From contig JAUMWJ010000001.1 in the NCBI GenBank assembly GCA_030529655.1, positions 1,465 to 65,464 on the forward strand: a DNA stretch of 64,000 nucleotides. Reading direction: 5' to 3'. The DNA comes from Eubacteriales bacterium. GTDB lineage: Bacteria; Bacillota; Clostridia; Oscillospirales; Oscillospiraceae. Below are positions 53,438-63,593 of this stretch, one piece after another; position 1 is the first letter of the stretch, and each line of letters starts with the position of its first letter. Both the position numbers and the translations under genes were made by a program. Under the pieces are notes generated by a model. The model did not search any database. It was not told the DNA's origin and saw only the letters and a list, made by a program, of their open reading frames with translations.

Positions 53438-53503
53438 GCTATCTAAATAAAGTCATTTTTGAAACAGCCCACGATGTTCACAAATGTTTAACAATGCCAG
53501 CTC

Positions 53504-53532
53504 TTGACAAGTCAGGAAAGGGGTGGTAAACT
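53504..53532 (+). promoter_or_regulatory. hrcA-dnaK operon promoter
   Basis: TTGACA-17 nt-TAAACT. Confidence 0.65.
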
Positions 53533-53536
53533 CCAT

Positions 53537-53563
53537 TTAGCACTCAGGGAAAGCGAGTGCTAA
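53537..53563 (+). promoter_or_regulatory. CIRCE operator (HrcA binding site)
   Basis: TTAGCACTC-N9-GAGTGCTAA, a perfect match to the consensus, placed right after the -10. Confidence 0.95.
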
Positions 53564-53576
53564 ACGGAGTGACGGT

Positions 53577-54626
53577 ATGGAATTGACGACTCGCAAAAAG
53601 CAAATATTGAAAATTGTGGTGGACAGCTACATTGCCACCGCCGAGCCGGTGGGTTCCAAAGCGATTGTGGATCAGATGCCCGGCAAGATCAGCTCCGCCA
53701 CCATTCGCAACGAATTGGCGGACTTGACGGAGATGGGCTATCTGGAACAGCCCCACACCTCTGCCGGACGGATTCCCTCCCCAAAGGGCTACCGTCTGTA
53801 TGTCAACGAGTTGATGGAGCGCAAGGCATTAAGCGACGAGGAAACGGAGAAGATCAATGAAACGCTGTCCGGTTCCATGGCGCAGGTGGATCAGGTCATT
53901 GCCAAGGCAGGCAAGATGGTGTCCAGCTTTGTGGGGTATCCCAGCTATGCGGTGGCGGATCACAAAAGTGCCGCCACGGTGCAGCGTTTTGAACTGATCA
54001 GCGTGGATAAGATGAGCTTTATTGCCGTGGTGATGCTGTCTGACAGTCGGGTCAAGAGCCAACTGATGCGCTTGCCGCTGGCCATTGACACGGAGAAGCT
54101 GCCGGAGATGAGCCACCTGCTTAACACGCACTTTACAGGCATTGATCCGGCGAAAATGAACGGACATCTGATGAGCTTGTCCGAACAGGTGACAGGCGAG
54201 TGGTTTTTGCTGCTCAATCAGGTGATCGAATATGCCGGCTCGCTGCTGCAGGAAGCCCATCACCAGCAGGTATTTACCAACGGGGCAGGGCAGCTTTTGA
54301 AGTTCCCCGAATACCGCGATATGGACAAGGCCCACGATCTGGTGAGCTTTATGGTGGATAATAAAGAGGATTTGCCCGTTCCCGTGGGCGACAGTCCCAT
54401 GCAGATCCTGATCGGCCCTGAAAATGTCAACGATGCGCTGAAAGACAGCAGCGTGGTTATTGCCAGTTACGACATCGGCGACAATATGCGTGGTCTGGTG
54501 GGTGTGGTTGGCCCCACTCGTATGGATTACGCTACCGTAGCGGCACGTTTGAGCTACTTCGCCGAGAGCTTGAGCCGTATGTTCGGCAAAAACCAGTTAC
54601 CCCCCAAGGAGGAGAAAGAGCAATGA
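53577..54626 (+). CDS. hrcA: Heat-inducible transcription repressor HrcA
   Basis: N-terminal winged helix (LTTRKKQILKIVVDSYIATAEPVGSK). Confidence 0.95.
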   Translation: MELTTRKKQILKIVVDSYIATAEPVGSKAIVDQMPGKISSATIRNELADLTEMGYLEQPHTSAGRIPSPKGYRLYVNELMERKALSDEETEKINETLSGSMAQVDQVIAKAGKMVSSFVGYPSYAVADHKSAATVQRFELISVDKMSFIAVVMLSDSRVKSQLMRLPLAIDTEKLPEMSHLLNTHFTGIDPAKMNGHLMSLSEQVTGEWFLLLNQVIEYAGSLLQEAHHQQVFTNGAGQLLKFPEYRDMDKAHDLVSFMVDNKEDLPVPVGDSPMQILIGPENVNDALKDSSVVIASYDIGDNMRGLVGVVGPTRMDYATVAARLSYFAESLSRMFGKNQLPPKEEKEQ

Positions 54627-55180
54627 GCGAACAGGAAAAGAAAAATCAGCAGGAAAACGCGGAAGAAGTCGTGGAAGAAGTCGCCGCGGAAGCTGCGGAA
54701 AATAAAGAGGAAGAAACCTTTACCGTCAGCCGTGAGCAGATGGAAAAGATGGAACAACTGGCCAAGCTGGTGTCCGACAGCAACGATAAATACCTGCGTT
54801 TGGCGGCGGAGTACGACAACTACCGCAAGCGCACCACCCGGGAGAAGGAAAATATCTACGGTGATGCCAAGGCGGACACGGTGAAGCCGTTTTTGGAGGT
54901 GTACGACAATCTGGTGCGTGGCGTGCAGCAGTTCCCTGAGGGTGACGGTCACCGACAGGGTCTGGAGATGATCGCCAAGCAGTTCCTTGATGTGCTGCAA
55001 AAGCTGGGCGTGACCGAAATCGAGGCAGAGGGTCAGCCCTTTGATCCGGAAAAGCACAACGCGGTGATGCACGTTGACGATGAAAATGTCGGTGAAAACA
55101 CCGTGGTGGAAGTATTCCAAAAGGGCTTTATGTTAGGTGAAAAAGTATTAAGATTTGCCATGGTCAAAGTGGCGAACTAA
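54623..55180 (+). CDS. grpE: Nucleotide exchange factor GrpE
   Basis: YLRLAAEYDNYRKR motif. ATGA overlap with hrcA. Confidence 0.95.
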   Translation: MSEQEKKNQQENAEEVVEEVAAEAAENKEEETFTVSREQMEKMEQLAKLVSDSNDKYLRLAAEYDNYRKRTTREKENIYGDAKADTVKPFLEVYDNLVRGVQQFPEGDGHRQGLEMIAKQFLDVLQKLGVTEIEAEGQPFDPEKHNAVMHVDDENVGENTVVEVFQKGFMLGEKVLRFAMVKVAN

Positions 55181-55231
55181 AAAATAGATAATAAAATAAA
55201 TTGAAATAAAAATTCTTAGGAGGCAAACATT

Positions 55232-57076
55232 ATGTCGAAAGTTATCGGTATCGATCTGGGTACAACCAATTCCTGCGTGGCCGTGATGGAGGGCGGTGAA
55301 GCCGTTGTCATCGCCAACGCTGAGGGTAACCGCACCACCCCGTCTGTGGTGGCATTTTCCAAGACCGGCGAGCGTATGGTAGGCCAGGTGGCAAAGCGCC
55401 AGGCCATCACCAATCCCGACCGCACCATTTCTTCCATCAAGCGTGAGATGGGCAGCGACCACAAAGTCGCCATAGACAGCAAGAACTACACCCCTCAGGA
55501 GATCAGCGCCATGATCCTGCAGAAGCTGAAGGCAGACGCCGAGAGCTATCTGGGCAGCACTGTCACCGAGGCGGTCATCACCGTTCCTGCTTACTTCACC
55601 GACGCACAGCGCCAGGCAACCAAGGATGCCGGCAAGATCGCTGGCCTCGATGTCAAGCGTATCATCAATGAGCCCACCGCTGCCGCTCTGGCCTACGGTG
55701 TGGATAAGGAGCAGGCACAGAAGATCATGGTCTACGATCTGGGCGGCGGCACCTTCGATGTGTCCATCCTGGAGATCGACGACGGCGTGATCGAAGTGCT
55801 GGCTACCGCCGGTAACAACCGCCTGGGCGGCGATGACTTCGATGAGTGCGTGATGAAGTATCTGGTGTCCGAGTTCAAAAAGGCCGAGGGCATCGACCTG
55901 AGCGGCGATAAGGTGGCTATGCAGCGTTTGAAGGAAGCTGCCGAAAAGGCCAAGATCGAGCTTAGTGGCGTGACCACCTCCAATATCAACCTGCCCTATA
56001 TTACCGCTGACGCTACCGGCCCCAAGCATCTGGATGTCACCCTGACCCGTGCCAAGTTCAACGAGCTGACCGGCCATTTGGTAGATGCTACCATGGGTCC
56101 CGTTCGTCAGGCCATGTCCGATGCCGGTCTGAAGCCCTCTGACCTTGCCAAAGTGCTGATGGTGGGCGGCTCCAGCCGTATTCCCGCCGTGGTGGAAGCC
56201 GTGAAGAACTTCACCGGCAGCGATCCCTTCAAGGGCATCAACCCCGATGAGTGCGTGGCTATGGGTGCTGCCTTGCAGGCAGGCGTTTTGACCGGCGATG
56301 TGAAGGGTCTGCTGCTGCTGGATGTGACCCCGCTGTCTTTGGGTATTGAGACCATGGGCGGCGTTTGCACCCGTCTGATCGAGCGCAACACCACCATCCC
56401 CGTCAAGAAGAGCCAGATCTTCTCCACCGCTGCCGATAATCAGACCAGCGTGGAAGTCAATGTTCTGCAGGGCGAGCGTGAAATGGCGGCCGCCAACAAG
56501 AGCTTGGGCCGCTTCCATCTGGACGGTATTGCTCCGGCACGCCGTGGCGTACCTCAGATTGAGGTCACCTTCGACATTGATGCCAACGGTATCGTAAACG
56601 TGTCCGCTAAGGATCTGGGTACCGGCACCGAGCAGCATATCACCATCACTTCCTCCTCCAACATGAGCAAGGAAGATATTGAAAAGGCGGTCAAGGAAGC
56701 CGAGCAGTATGCCGCCGAGGACGCCAAGATCAAGGAAAAGGTGGAGGTCCGCAATCAGGCCGATCAGATGGTCTATCAGGCGGAAAAGACGCTGAGCGAA
56801 GTGGGCGACAAGGTGCCTGAGAGTGAGAAGGCGCCCATCCAGGCCGGCATTGATAAGCTGAAGGAAACCCTGAAGGGTGACGACACCAATGCCATCAAGG
56901 CAGCCACCGAGGAGCTGACCCAACTGTTCTACAAGATGAGCGAGAAGCTGTATCAGCAGCAGGCACCCCAGGGTGGCGCAGAGGGCTGCGACCCTAACTG
57001 CGGCGGCGACTGCAACAACGGCGGTCAGTACTACGACGCTGACTACAAGGTCGTGGACGAGGACGAGAACAAGTAA
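55232..57076 (+). CDS. dnaK: Molecular chaperone DnaK
   Basis: [10 protein letters not shown] and DLGGGTFD motifs. Confidence 0.98.
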   Translation: MSKVIGIDLGTTNSCVAVMEGGEAVVIANAEGNRTTPSVVAFSKTGERMVGQVAKRQAITNPDRTISSIKREMGSDHKVAIDSKNYTPQEISAMILQKLKADAESYLGSTVTEAVITVPAYFTDAQRQATKDAGKIAGLDVKRIINEPTAAALAYGVDKEQAQKIMVYDLGGGTFDVSILEIDDGVIEVLATAGNNRLGGDDFDECVMKYLVSEFKKAEGIDLSGDKVAMQRLKEAAEKAKIELSGVTTSNINLPYITADATGPKHLDVTLTRAKFNELTGHLVDATMGPVRQAMSDAGLKPSDLAKVLMVGGSSRIPAVVEAVKNFTGSDPFKGINPDECVAMGAALQAGVLTGDVKGLLLLDVTPLSLGIETMGGVCTRLIERNTTIPVKKSQIFSTAADNQTSVEVNVLQGEREMAAANKSLGRFHLDGIAPARRGVPQIEVTFDIDANGIVNVSAKDLGTGTEQHITITSSSNMSKEDIEKAVKEAEQYAAEDAKIKEKVEVRNQADQMVYQAEKTLSEVGDKVPESEKAPIQAGIDKLKETLKGDDTNAIKAATEELTQLFYKMSEKLYQQQAPQGGAEGCDPNCGGDCNNGGQYYDADYKVVDEDENK

Positions 57077-57093
57077 TTTTCATTCACAAATGA

Positions 57094-57120
57094 GGGGCAG
57101 GGCTTCCTGTCCCTGTTTGT
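57094..57120 (+). terminator. Weak hairpin/attenuator between dnaK and dnaJ
   Basis: GGGGCAGG-GCTT-CCTGTCCC followed by TGTTTGT. Confidence 0.45.
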
Positions 57121-57139
57121 GGTGTTAGGAGCAATATCT

Positions 57140-58270
57140 ATGGCACAGGAAAAACGAGATTATTATGAGGTCCTCGGCGTATCCAAAGGTGCATCCGAGG
57201 ACGAGATCAAAAAGGCCTATAAAAAGCTGGCTCGCAAATATCATCCGGACATGAACCCCGGCGACAAGGAAGCGGAGGAGAAGTTTAAGGAGGTCAACGA
57301 GGCCAACGAGGTGCTCTCCGATCCTGATAAGAAGGCGCGCTATGACCAGTTTGGTTTTGCCGGTGTGGATCCCAATTACGGGGCAGGTGCCGGCGGATAC
57401 GGCGGCGGTTTTGATTTTGGAGATTTGGGCGATATTTTCGGCAGCTTTTTCGGCGGTGGATTTGGCGGCGGTCAGCGTCAGCGCAACGGCCCCCAGCGTG
57501 GTGAAAGCATTCGTATGAGCGTGTCGGTGGACTTTGCCGAAGCGGCTTTCGGCTGTGAAAAGGAGATCACCGTGGACCGCAGCGAGCAATGCCACACCTG
57601 TAAGGGTAACGGCTGCGCGCCCGGCACCACACCGGAGGTCTGTCCCGAATGTCACGGCAGCGGCACGGTGACACAGGCACAGCGTACGCCGTTTGGCGTC
57701 ATGCAGACCCAGGCGGCCTGCGGCAAGTGCCGCGGCACAGGCAAAATCATCCACCAACCGTGCCCTGATTGTCACGGAAGCGGTCGCGCACGCAAGCGCA
57801 AGACGGTGAAAGTCAACATTCCTGCCGGTATCGACAACGGGCAGACCATTTCTCTGCGTGGGCAGGGTCATGCCGGGAAAAACGGCGGTCCCGGCGGCGA
57901 TCTGCTCATCACCGTGATGATAAAGCCCCACGATATTTTCCGCCGTGAAGGCACAGCGGTGTTCTGCGAGGCACCCATCACCTTTACCCAGGCCGTTCTG
58001 GGTGGTGAGATGGAGATTCCCACCATTGACGGCAAGGTGAAGTATACCATCCCAGAGGGCACACAGACCGGCACGGTGTTCCGCCTGCGTGGGAAGGGCA
58101 TCCCTGTCCTCAACGGTCACGGACGGGGCGATCAGTATGTGACGGTGACCATCGAAACACCACGGGGACTCAATAAAGACCAGAAAGAGGCACTGAAGAA
58201 GTTTAGCGATACGCTGGGCGAGGGAAACTATGAAAAGCAGCGCAGCTTCTTCAAGAAGTTCAAGAAGTAA
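57140..58270 (+). CDS. dnaJ: Molecular chaperone DnaJ
   Basis: J-domain (DYYEVLGV...HPD), G/F region, and four CxxCxGxG zinc motifs. Confidence 0.95.
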   Translation: MAQEKRDYYEVLGVSKGASEDEIKKAYKKLARKYHPDMNPGDKEAEEKFKEVNEANEVLSDPDKKARYDQFGFAGVDPNYGAGAGGYGGGFDFGDLGDIFGSFFGGGFGGGQRQRNGPQRGESIRMSVSVDFAEAAFGCEKEITVDRSEQCHTCKGNGCAPGTTPEVCPECHGSGTVTQAQRTPFGVMQTQAACGKCRGTGKIIHQPCPDCHGSGRARKRKTVKVNIPAGIDNGQTISLRGQGHAGKNGGPGGDLLITVMIKPHDIFRREGTAVFCEAPITFTQAVLGGEMEIPTIDGKVKYTIPEGTQTGTVFRLRGKGIPVLNGHGRGDQYVTVTIETPRGLNKDQKEALKKFSDTLGEGNYEKQRSFFKKFKK

Positions 58271-58274
58271 CGAT

Positions 58275-59087
58275 ATGTATTTGGCTGATTATCACATTCA
58301 CTCCACCTGCTCACCTGACGGCAAGCTGACCATGGCAGAAATTGCTGAGATTGCAGTGCAGCGTGGACTGCAGGAGATCTGCATTACCGACCATGTGGAT
58401 ACTTACGACTGGCACAGCGGTGAGGTGCGCACCGACTACGATTGGGAAAAGGCGTTTGCGCAGCACCGTGAGGCCGTGGAACGCTATGGTGACCGCATTG
58501 CCATTAAGTTAGGCGCGGAGCTGAGCGGCGTAATTCGCTATCCCGGCGAAGCGGCATATTTGATGCAGCATCGCAAGGATCTGGATTTTGTGATCGGTTC
58601 TGTTCATCTGGCGGCGGAGAAATTCGGCTGGTTCGATCTCTACTTTATAGAAGAACACGACATGGCCTATTATCGGGATGTGATCGAACACTATCTGCGT
58701 GATACGATCACCCTTGCCCAATGGGGCCAGTTCGATGTACTGGGTCACATGACGCTGCCGCTGCGCTATTTGCATGAGCATCATCAGGTGGACATGACAT
58801 TTGACGATGATATGGATGCGGTGGAGGAAATCTTCCGCATCATTATCCCCAAGGGGATCGGTATCGAGTGCAATACCAATCGAGGCGGTATACCGCTGCC
58901 CTACGACACCATCTTGCGGCGTTACCGGGAAATGGGCGGCGAGATCATCACGCTGGGCAGCGATGCCCATGCAGGTGAGCACATCGGCTGCGCCATTGAA
59001 GCGCGGCAGCAGTTGCTCAAGGATTGCGGATTCCGCTATTTTACCACATTTACAAAGGGTGAGCCGACATTCCGGCCCCTATCATGA
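58275..59087 (+). CDS. PHP-family phosphoesterase (histidinol-phosphatase-like)
   Basis: MYLADYHIHS...ITDHVD PHP motifs. Confidence 0.75.
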   Translation: MYLADYHIHSTCSPDGKLTMAEIAEIAVQRGLQEICITDHVDTYDWHSGEVRTDYDWEKAFAQHREAVERYGDRIAIKLGAELSGVIRYPGEAAYLMQHRKDLDFVIGSVHLAAEKFGWFDLYFIEEHDMAYYRDVIEHYLRDTITLAQWGQFDVLGHMTLPLRYLHEHHQVDMTFDDDMDAVEEIFRIIIPKGIGIECNTNRGGIPLPYDTILRRYREMGGEIITLGSDAHAGEHIGCAIEARQQLLKDCGFRYFTTFTKGEPTFRPLS

Positions 59088-59100
59088 GGAGGACAACACC

Positions 59101-59538
59101 ATGAAAATTGCCATTGGCTGCGACCACGGCGGATACCTGCTCAAGCAGGATATTCTGATCTGGCTGGAAGAACACGACATTGATTTTGAGGACTTTGGCT
59201 GCTTCAGCCGTGAGAGTGTGGATTATCCCATCTACGGCGAAAAAGTGGCCCGTGCCGTAGCAAGCGGTGAATACGATAAGGGCATCGTGATCTGCACCAC
59301 CGGTATCGGCATTTCCATTGCCGCCAATAAGGTCAAGGGAATCCGCTGTGCCCACTGCACAGATCCCTTGAGCGCGGAAATGACACGCCGTCACAACGAT
59401 GCCAATGTACTGGCATTGGGCGCCGGTCTGACCGGTACCAATCTGGCACTGCGCATGGTGGAAGTGTTTTTGAACACCGAATTCGAGGGTGGCCGTCACG
59501 CTCGCCGCGTGGGTCTGCTGGACGACATCCAGCCTTAA
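59101..59538 (+). CDS. rpiB: Ribose-5-phosphate isomerase B
   Basis: MKIAIGCDHGG...ICTTGIGISIAANK. Confidence 0.9.
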   Translation: MKIAIGCDHGGYLLKQDILIWLEEHDIDFEDFGCFSRESVDYPIYGEKVARAVASGEYDKGIVICTTGIGISIAANKVKGIRCAHCTDPLSAEMTRRHNDANVLALGAGLTGTNLALRMVEVFLNTEFEGGRHARRVGLLDDIQP

Positions 59539-59542
59539 CGCT

Positions 59543-60532
59543 ATGGCAACGAGGGGATATAGTAGTTACCGCGGACGCAATAAGGGGAAAATCGCTTTGA
59601 TTATTGCCCTTGTGGTGATTTTACTGGCCGCGGTCGGTTTTCTGGTGATCCAGAATTACCGTGTGTATGACAATGAAGGTAATGTCCATTGGAATTTGCC
59701 GTTTATGCCGCACAAAGAAACGCAGGAACCGGACATTGATCCCAACGATGTGGAAATTGATCGGCAGGAGCCTCAATTTGTGGCAGGAAAGGATCTTACA
59801 CCGTTACAGGCAAAGGAGTTGCCTCTGTGGTGTCTGAACGACGATCCTGCGTGGATGCTTACCGATGCGCCCCAAAGCGTGGTGGTCAATGTGAAAAACG
59901 CCGATGGTGCGCTGTTGTACAGCGCAAAGGCGGCAACACCGGAGGGCGTGTCCAAGGGCGGAGAATATACGCTGGCGAACTTGCGTACCATTCTCGACAG
60001 CAACCACGGCACTGTGGCGCGTATGGCTTGTCTGTGCGACAGCGCATATGCCCGGGCGATGACCGAACAGGCGGCGCTTTGCGGAGAAGACGGCACTTTG
60101 TGGTGGGATCCTTACGGACGCTGTTGGTTGGATCCTGCCAAGGAAGGTACACTTACCTATGTCAAGGCGCTGTGTCAGGAATTGGTGACGCTGGGCTTTG
60201 ATGAGATCGTGCTGGATTACTTCGGTTATCCTGCTTCCTGGCAGGGTAATGCAGACCGCACGGCGGTGCTGACACAGTTCATGACCGCCCTGCGTGAGTC
60301 ATTACCGGAGGGTACGCGGATCAGCCTGCTGCTGCGGGAGATGCCCGGCGCAGAAAACGGCTTGACAGCAGAGCTGCTGAACGCATCGTTTGATCGTATC
60401 TATACCGATAACGGTGTAAATACTGAGACGCTGATAAAAATGTTGCCTGCGAATTTTGACGCGGCAACACGCCTTGTTCCCATCGTGTGGAGAGCCACGG
60501 AAAATGGCAGCTATATGATTGCCACGAATTAA
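59543..60532 (+). CDS. Membrane-anchored DUF4015-like putative glycoside hydrolase (short paralogue)
   Basis: N-terminal TM. VVVNVKNADGALLYS and GFDEIVLDYFGYP resemble the 26440-28098 protein. Confidence 0.55.
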   Translation: MATRGYSSYRGRNKGKIALIIALVVILLAAVGFLVIQNYRVYDNEGNVHWNLPFMPHKETQEPDIDPNDVEIDRQEPQFVAGKDLTPLQAKELPLWCLNDDPAWMLTDAPQSVVVNVKNADGALLYSAKAATPEGVSKGGEYTLANLRTILDSNHGTVARMACLCDSAYARAMTEQAALCGEDGTLWWDPYGRCWLDPAKEGTLTYVKALCQELVTLGFDEIVLDYFGYPASWQGNADRTAVLTQFMTALRESLPEGTRISLLLREMPGAENGLTAELLNASFDRIYTDNGVNTETLIKMLPANFDAATRLVPIVWRATENGSYMIATN

Positions 60533-60535
60533 ATA

Positions 60536-60573
60536 AATAACGGGTGCGTTTCTTGAGGAACGCACCCGTTATT
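60536..60573. terminator. Bidirectional terminator
   Basis: AATAACGGGTGCGTT / AACGCACCCGTTATT, a 15-bp stem. Confidence 0.9.
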
Positions 60574-60940
60574 CGTTGCTTTTTTTCGTTTGAAACAGCG
60601 TCATTACGCCGGTCATGAGCAGATAAATGCCAAACGGCTTGCGAAAGACGGCGGTATCCACCGAGGTGGCGATCCATGCAGCGGCTACGGCGGCGACTGT
60701 ACCCAACGGGATGGCCTGCCGCAGAACATTCTTTTCCAGCAAACCGTTTTTCTTATGCCAGATTAGCCCCATTCCGGCGGTGGGAAGGAAGTAGAGCAGA
60801 TTGATGCCCTGTGCGGTGGACTGATCCACCCCTAAAAACAGCGTCATGCACAACAGCAGCAGTGTGCCGCCGCCAACGCCCCATGCAGATAAAATGCCTG
60901 TACCGAAGCCGATCAACAGCGGCAATACGAAGCTCGTCAC
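60569..60940 (-). CDS. TSUP (TauE/SafE) family half-size membrane protein, second half
   Basis: 4 TM, GVGGG motif. GTG start forms a GTGA overlap with the upstream half. Confidence 0.7.
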   Translation of the reverse strand: MTSFVLPLLIGFGTGILSAWGVGGGTLLLLCMTLFLGVDQSTAQGINLLYFLPTAGMGLIWHKKNGLLEKNVLRQAIPLGTVAAVAAAWIATSVDTAVFRKPFGIYLLMTGVMTLFQTKKSNE

Positions 60941-61290
60941 AGCAGATACCTCACGCCGCCATAGAGTAAAAATGCCGCAAAAATACGCCGCAGCCATATG
61001 GTGGGCACATTTTTGAACAGCTTGCCGCCCACCAGACCGCCCACCAAGCCGCCGATCAGATACGGCAATGCGACCATCAGATCAAAGTGTGTCCGAAATA
61101 GATAGATAGCGGCGGAAATGACACAAAAGGGAAAAATCACCGCCACACAGTTGGCAAAGGACTTCTTTTCCTCCACACCGCACCATTTTGTCAGCAGCGG
61201 CACCAATGCCATGCCGCCGCCACCGCCGAACAAGCCGTTAATACCGCCTGCCACCATGCCGCTGATTTGCAGCTTTACCTTGTTATTCAT
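60937..61290 (-). CDS. TSUP (TauE/SafE) family half-size membrane protein, first half
   Basis: 4 TM, GLFGGGGG motif. ATG at 61290 with a GGAGG RBS. Confidence 0.7.
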   Translation of the reverse strand: MNNKVKLQISGMVAGGINGLFGGGGGMALVPLLTKWCGVEEKKSFANCVAVIFPFCVISAAIYLFRTHFDLMVALPYLIGGLVGGLVGGKLFKNVPTIWLRRIFAAFLLYGGVRYLL

Positions 61291-61340
61291 TGCACCGCCT
61301 CCTATGTATGCCACCCGATCCACATCGGATGGCATGGCAC

Positions 61341-61535
61341 TCAGCCCTGCTTTTTGAAGCTCTGGCAGTCGGTGCACTGATCCATAGAGGGATGCTGCTC
61401 ATGGGTGCCGACCTGAATATCGGTCAGGCCGCAGTAGTCCATATCCTGACAGTGATGCGCACAACTGTTCACGGTACATTTAATGGCAGAGTTCGGTGTG
61501 CAATGGCAGCCGTCATTGGTACAGGTTTTCGTCAT
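61341..61535 (-). CDS. DUF1540-like Cys-rich small protein
   Basis: IKCTVNSCAHHCQDMDYCGLTDIQVG and CTDCQSFK pattern. GGGAGG RBS. Confidence 0.7.
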   Translation of the reverse strand: MTKTCTNDGCHCTPNSAIKCTVNSCAHHCQDMDYCGLTDIQVGTHEQHPSMDQCTDCQSFKKQG

Positions 61536-61550
61536 AGTACGGTTCCTCCC

Positions 61551-61584
61551 ACAAATAAAAAGTCAGGCAAAAATGCCTGACTTT
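61551..61584 (-). terminator. Terminator after mgtE
   Basis: Minus strand: AAAGTCAGGC / GCCTGACTTT followed by TTTTATTT. Confidence 0.8.
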
Positions 61585-61634
61585 AGTGTAACCTGTTATG
61601 AAGTGAGTATGCGTCACAGAAAAATTTTCAAAAT

Positions 61635-63020
61635 TTATATGCCCAACAAACGGGAGGCAAAGGTGAAGTAAATCAGCAAACTGGTGGCATCCACAATAGT
61701 GGAGATAAAGGGGCTTGCCATCACCGCAGGGTCAAGGCCGATCTTTTCCGCCAAAAGCGGCAGACTGCAGCCGACGCACTTGGCAAAGACAACCACAAAG
61801 AGAATGGTCAGACAGACCACAAGGCAGACGATGGGCGTTACCGCATCATTACCCAGCAGCATGCGATCCACCAACTGCATTTTCACGAAGTTAGCGGCGG
61901 CCAGACAGATACCGCACAGCAGGGAAACACGAAGTTCTTTCCAGATGACCTTCAGCGTGTCGGAGAAATCCACTTCAACCAGACTCAACGCACGGATCAC
62001 CGCTGTAGAGGCCTGTGTGCCGGAGTTACCGCCTGTACCGGAGAGCATAGGTATGTACGCATTGAGCACCAGACATTTTGCCAAAGCATTCTCGTAATGA
62101 TTCAGAATCATACCGGTAAAGGTGGCGGAGAGCATCAGAATCATCAGCCACGGCAGACGGGCACGCCATGTATCCCAAGCGCTGGCACGCAGATACGGTT
62201 TATCAGAGGGCAGCATAGCTGCCATCTTTTCAAAGTCCTCGGTGGTTTCTTCTTCGATGACGTCCATTGCGTCGTCAACGGTGACGATACCGATCAGACG
62301 CTGCTCCATATCCACAATGGGCATAGCCAGGAAGTCGTATTTACTCAGCGCTTGTGCCACGTCTTCCTTATCATCCAGCGTCTTGGCCCAGATGACATTG
62401 GGATCCATGATGTCCTCAATTAGGTCGTCTTCTTCTGCCAACAGCAGATCGCGGACAGACAAAACGCCCAGCAGATGACGGGTGGGATCGGTGACATACA
62501 GGATATTGATGGTTTCCAGATCACCGCCGATACGACGGATTCGCTTGAAAGCATCGGCCACCGTCATATCCTTTTTCAGCGACAGGTACTCCACCGTCAT
62601 GATAGAGCCGGCAGAGTCCTCGGGATATTTCAGAATTTCGTTGATGGACTTGCGCATTTCCGGCTTGGCCTTATCCAAAATACGAATCACCACGCTGGCA
62701 GGCATTTCCTCCACGATGTCAACGGCATCGTCCAAGTACAGCTCGTCCAGCACTTCCTGCAGCTCGGTGTTGGAAAAGCCGTTGATCAGCATTTCCTGAC
62801 TGTCCGGCTCCAGTTCAACAAACACTTCGACCGCCAACTCTTTCGGCAGCAGACGGTACAAAAGAGGCATCTGCTCCTCGCCGGCTTCCTCCAGAATCAG
62901 CGCAATGTCGGCAGGTTCCATGGGCAGGAACAGGTCACGCAACGCCGCGTATTGTTTACTTCGTACCAAATCCTCGATTTTCTCCAGATATTGGTCCATT
63001 TTGCTCTCGTAATCAAACAT
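61635..63020 (-). CDS. mgtE: Magnesium transporter MgtE
   Basis: MgtE N-domain, CBS pair, and a 5-TM C-domain (GNSGTQ). Confidence 0.95.
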   Translation of the reverse strand: MFDYESKMDQYLEKIEDLVRSKQYAALRDLFLPMEPADIALILEEAGEEQMPLLYRLLPKELAVEVFVELEPDSQEMLINGFSNTELQEVLDELYLDDAVDIVEEMPASVVIRILDKAKPEMRKSINEILKYPEDSAGSIMTVEYLSLKKDMTVADAFKRIRRIGGDLETINILYVTDPTRHLLGVLSVRDLLLAEEDDLIEDIMDPNVIWAKTLDDKEDVAQALSKYDFLAMPIVDMEQRLIGIVTVDDAMDVIEEETTEDFEKMAAMLPSDKPYLRASAWDTWRARLPWLMILMLSATFTGMILNHYENALAKCLVLNAYIPMLSGTGGNSGTQASTAVIRALSLVEVDFSDTLKVIWKELRVSLLCGICLAAANFVKMQLVDRMLLGNDAVTPIVCLVVCLTILFVVVFAKCVGCSLPLLAEKIGLDPAVMASPFISTIVDATSLLIYFTFASRLLGI

Positions 63021-63040
63021 GGCCGTTCCTCCTTTCCTGC

Positions 63041-63270
63041 AAAAAATAAATCCGCAAAAGACCGACAGATGGGCCCATTGCGGAATAACACTGAAAGACC
63101 ACGCACCCTGCGTGATCCAACCACCGTAACAAGCTTTAGCATCGCGGGGCGATGAAACTGCGTTAGATGATACCTTGGTTTCGATATCGCCTGTTCAAAC
63201 CCTCTCGTGGTGTCTCCACCATTTCGCGGCAGCAGTCCGTATCCCTGCGGTAGCCTTACCTACCGGACTA
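63041..63270 (-). promoter_or_regulatory. M-box (ykoK) magnesium riboswitch with terminator
   Basis: Minus strand: GGTAGGTAAGGCTACCGCAGGGATACGGACTGCTGCCGCGAAA...CCACGAGAGGGTTTGAACAGG...GCTAAAGC. Terminator CCGCAA...TTGCGG followed by a T-run at 63041-63083. Confidence 0.85.
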
Positions 63271-63285
63271 TACAATTATAGGATA

Positions 63286-63314
63286 ATAGTACGGCAAAAT
63301 GAGAAATGTGTCAA
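63286..63314 (-). promoter_or_regulatory. Candidate promoter of the M-box/mgtE transcript
   Basis: Minus strand: TTGACA-17 nt-TACTAT. Confidence 0.55.
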
Positions 63315-63377
63315 CCCCAAAAGGAGAAAAATGAGGGGGGGAAAATTCGGCAGGGTTTAAAAAAGTGAAAATAACAC

Positions 63378-63406
63378 TTGAATTTGCGGTGCGGATAGGA
63401 TATAAT
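63378..63406 (+). promoter_or_regulatory. Promoter of tRNA-Leu
   Basis: TTGAAT-17 nt-TATAAT, 15 nt upstream of the tRNA 5' end. Confidence 0.65.
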
Positions 63407-63420
63407 ACCAAAGTCGATAA

Positions 63421-63507
63421 GCCGGTGTGATGGAATTGGTAGACGTAGTGGACTCAAAATCCACCGCTGGCGACAGCGTACCGGTTCGAGTCCGGTCACC
63501 GGCACCA
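63421..63507 (+). tRNA. tRNA-Leu (anticodon CAA), CCA encoded
   Basis: 87 nt with a long variable arm. Anticodon stem GTGGA/TCCAC, loop CTCAAAA. Confidence 0.9.
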
Positions 63508-63513
63508 TGAAAA

Positions 63514-63543
63514 CAGACGCCCTGATCTGGGCGCCTGTTTTTG
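63514..63543 (+). terminator. Terminator after tRNA-Leu
   Basis: CAGACGCCC-TGATCT-GGGCGCCTG (one mismatch) followed by T5. Confidence 0.7.
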
Positions 63544-63593
63544 CTTATATCCTGAGGGCGGTTTTCCGCCTGTATTTTGCGGGAGGTTATACC

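Noticed and set aside
58801-59100. 5' extension of the rpiB ORF overlapping the PHP phosphoesterase gene.
   Set aside because: RpiB homology starts at MKIAIGCDHGG (59101), which has an upstream GAGGAGG. The extension is just an open frame inside the PHP gene.
60937-60940. Possible frameshift pseudogene of a full-length TauE/SafE gene.
   Set aside because: The junction is a clean GTGA stop/start overlap, and both halves are intact 4-TM units. I kept it as a finding to be verified, not as a pseudogene.
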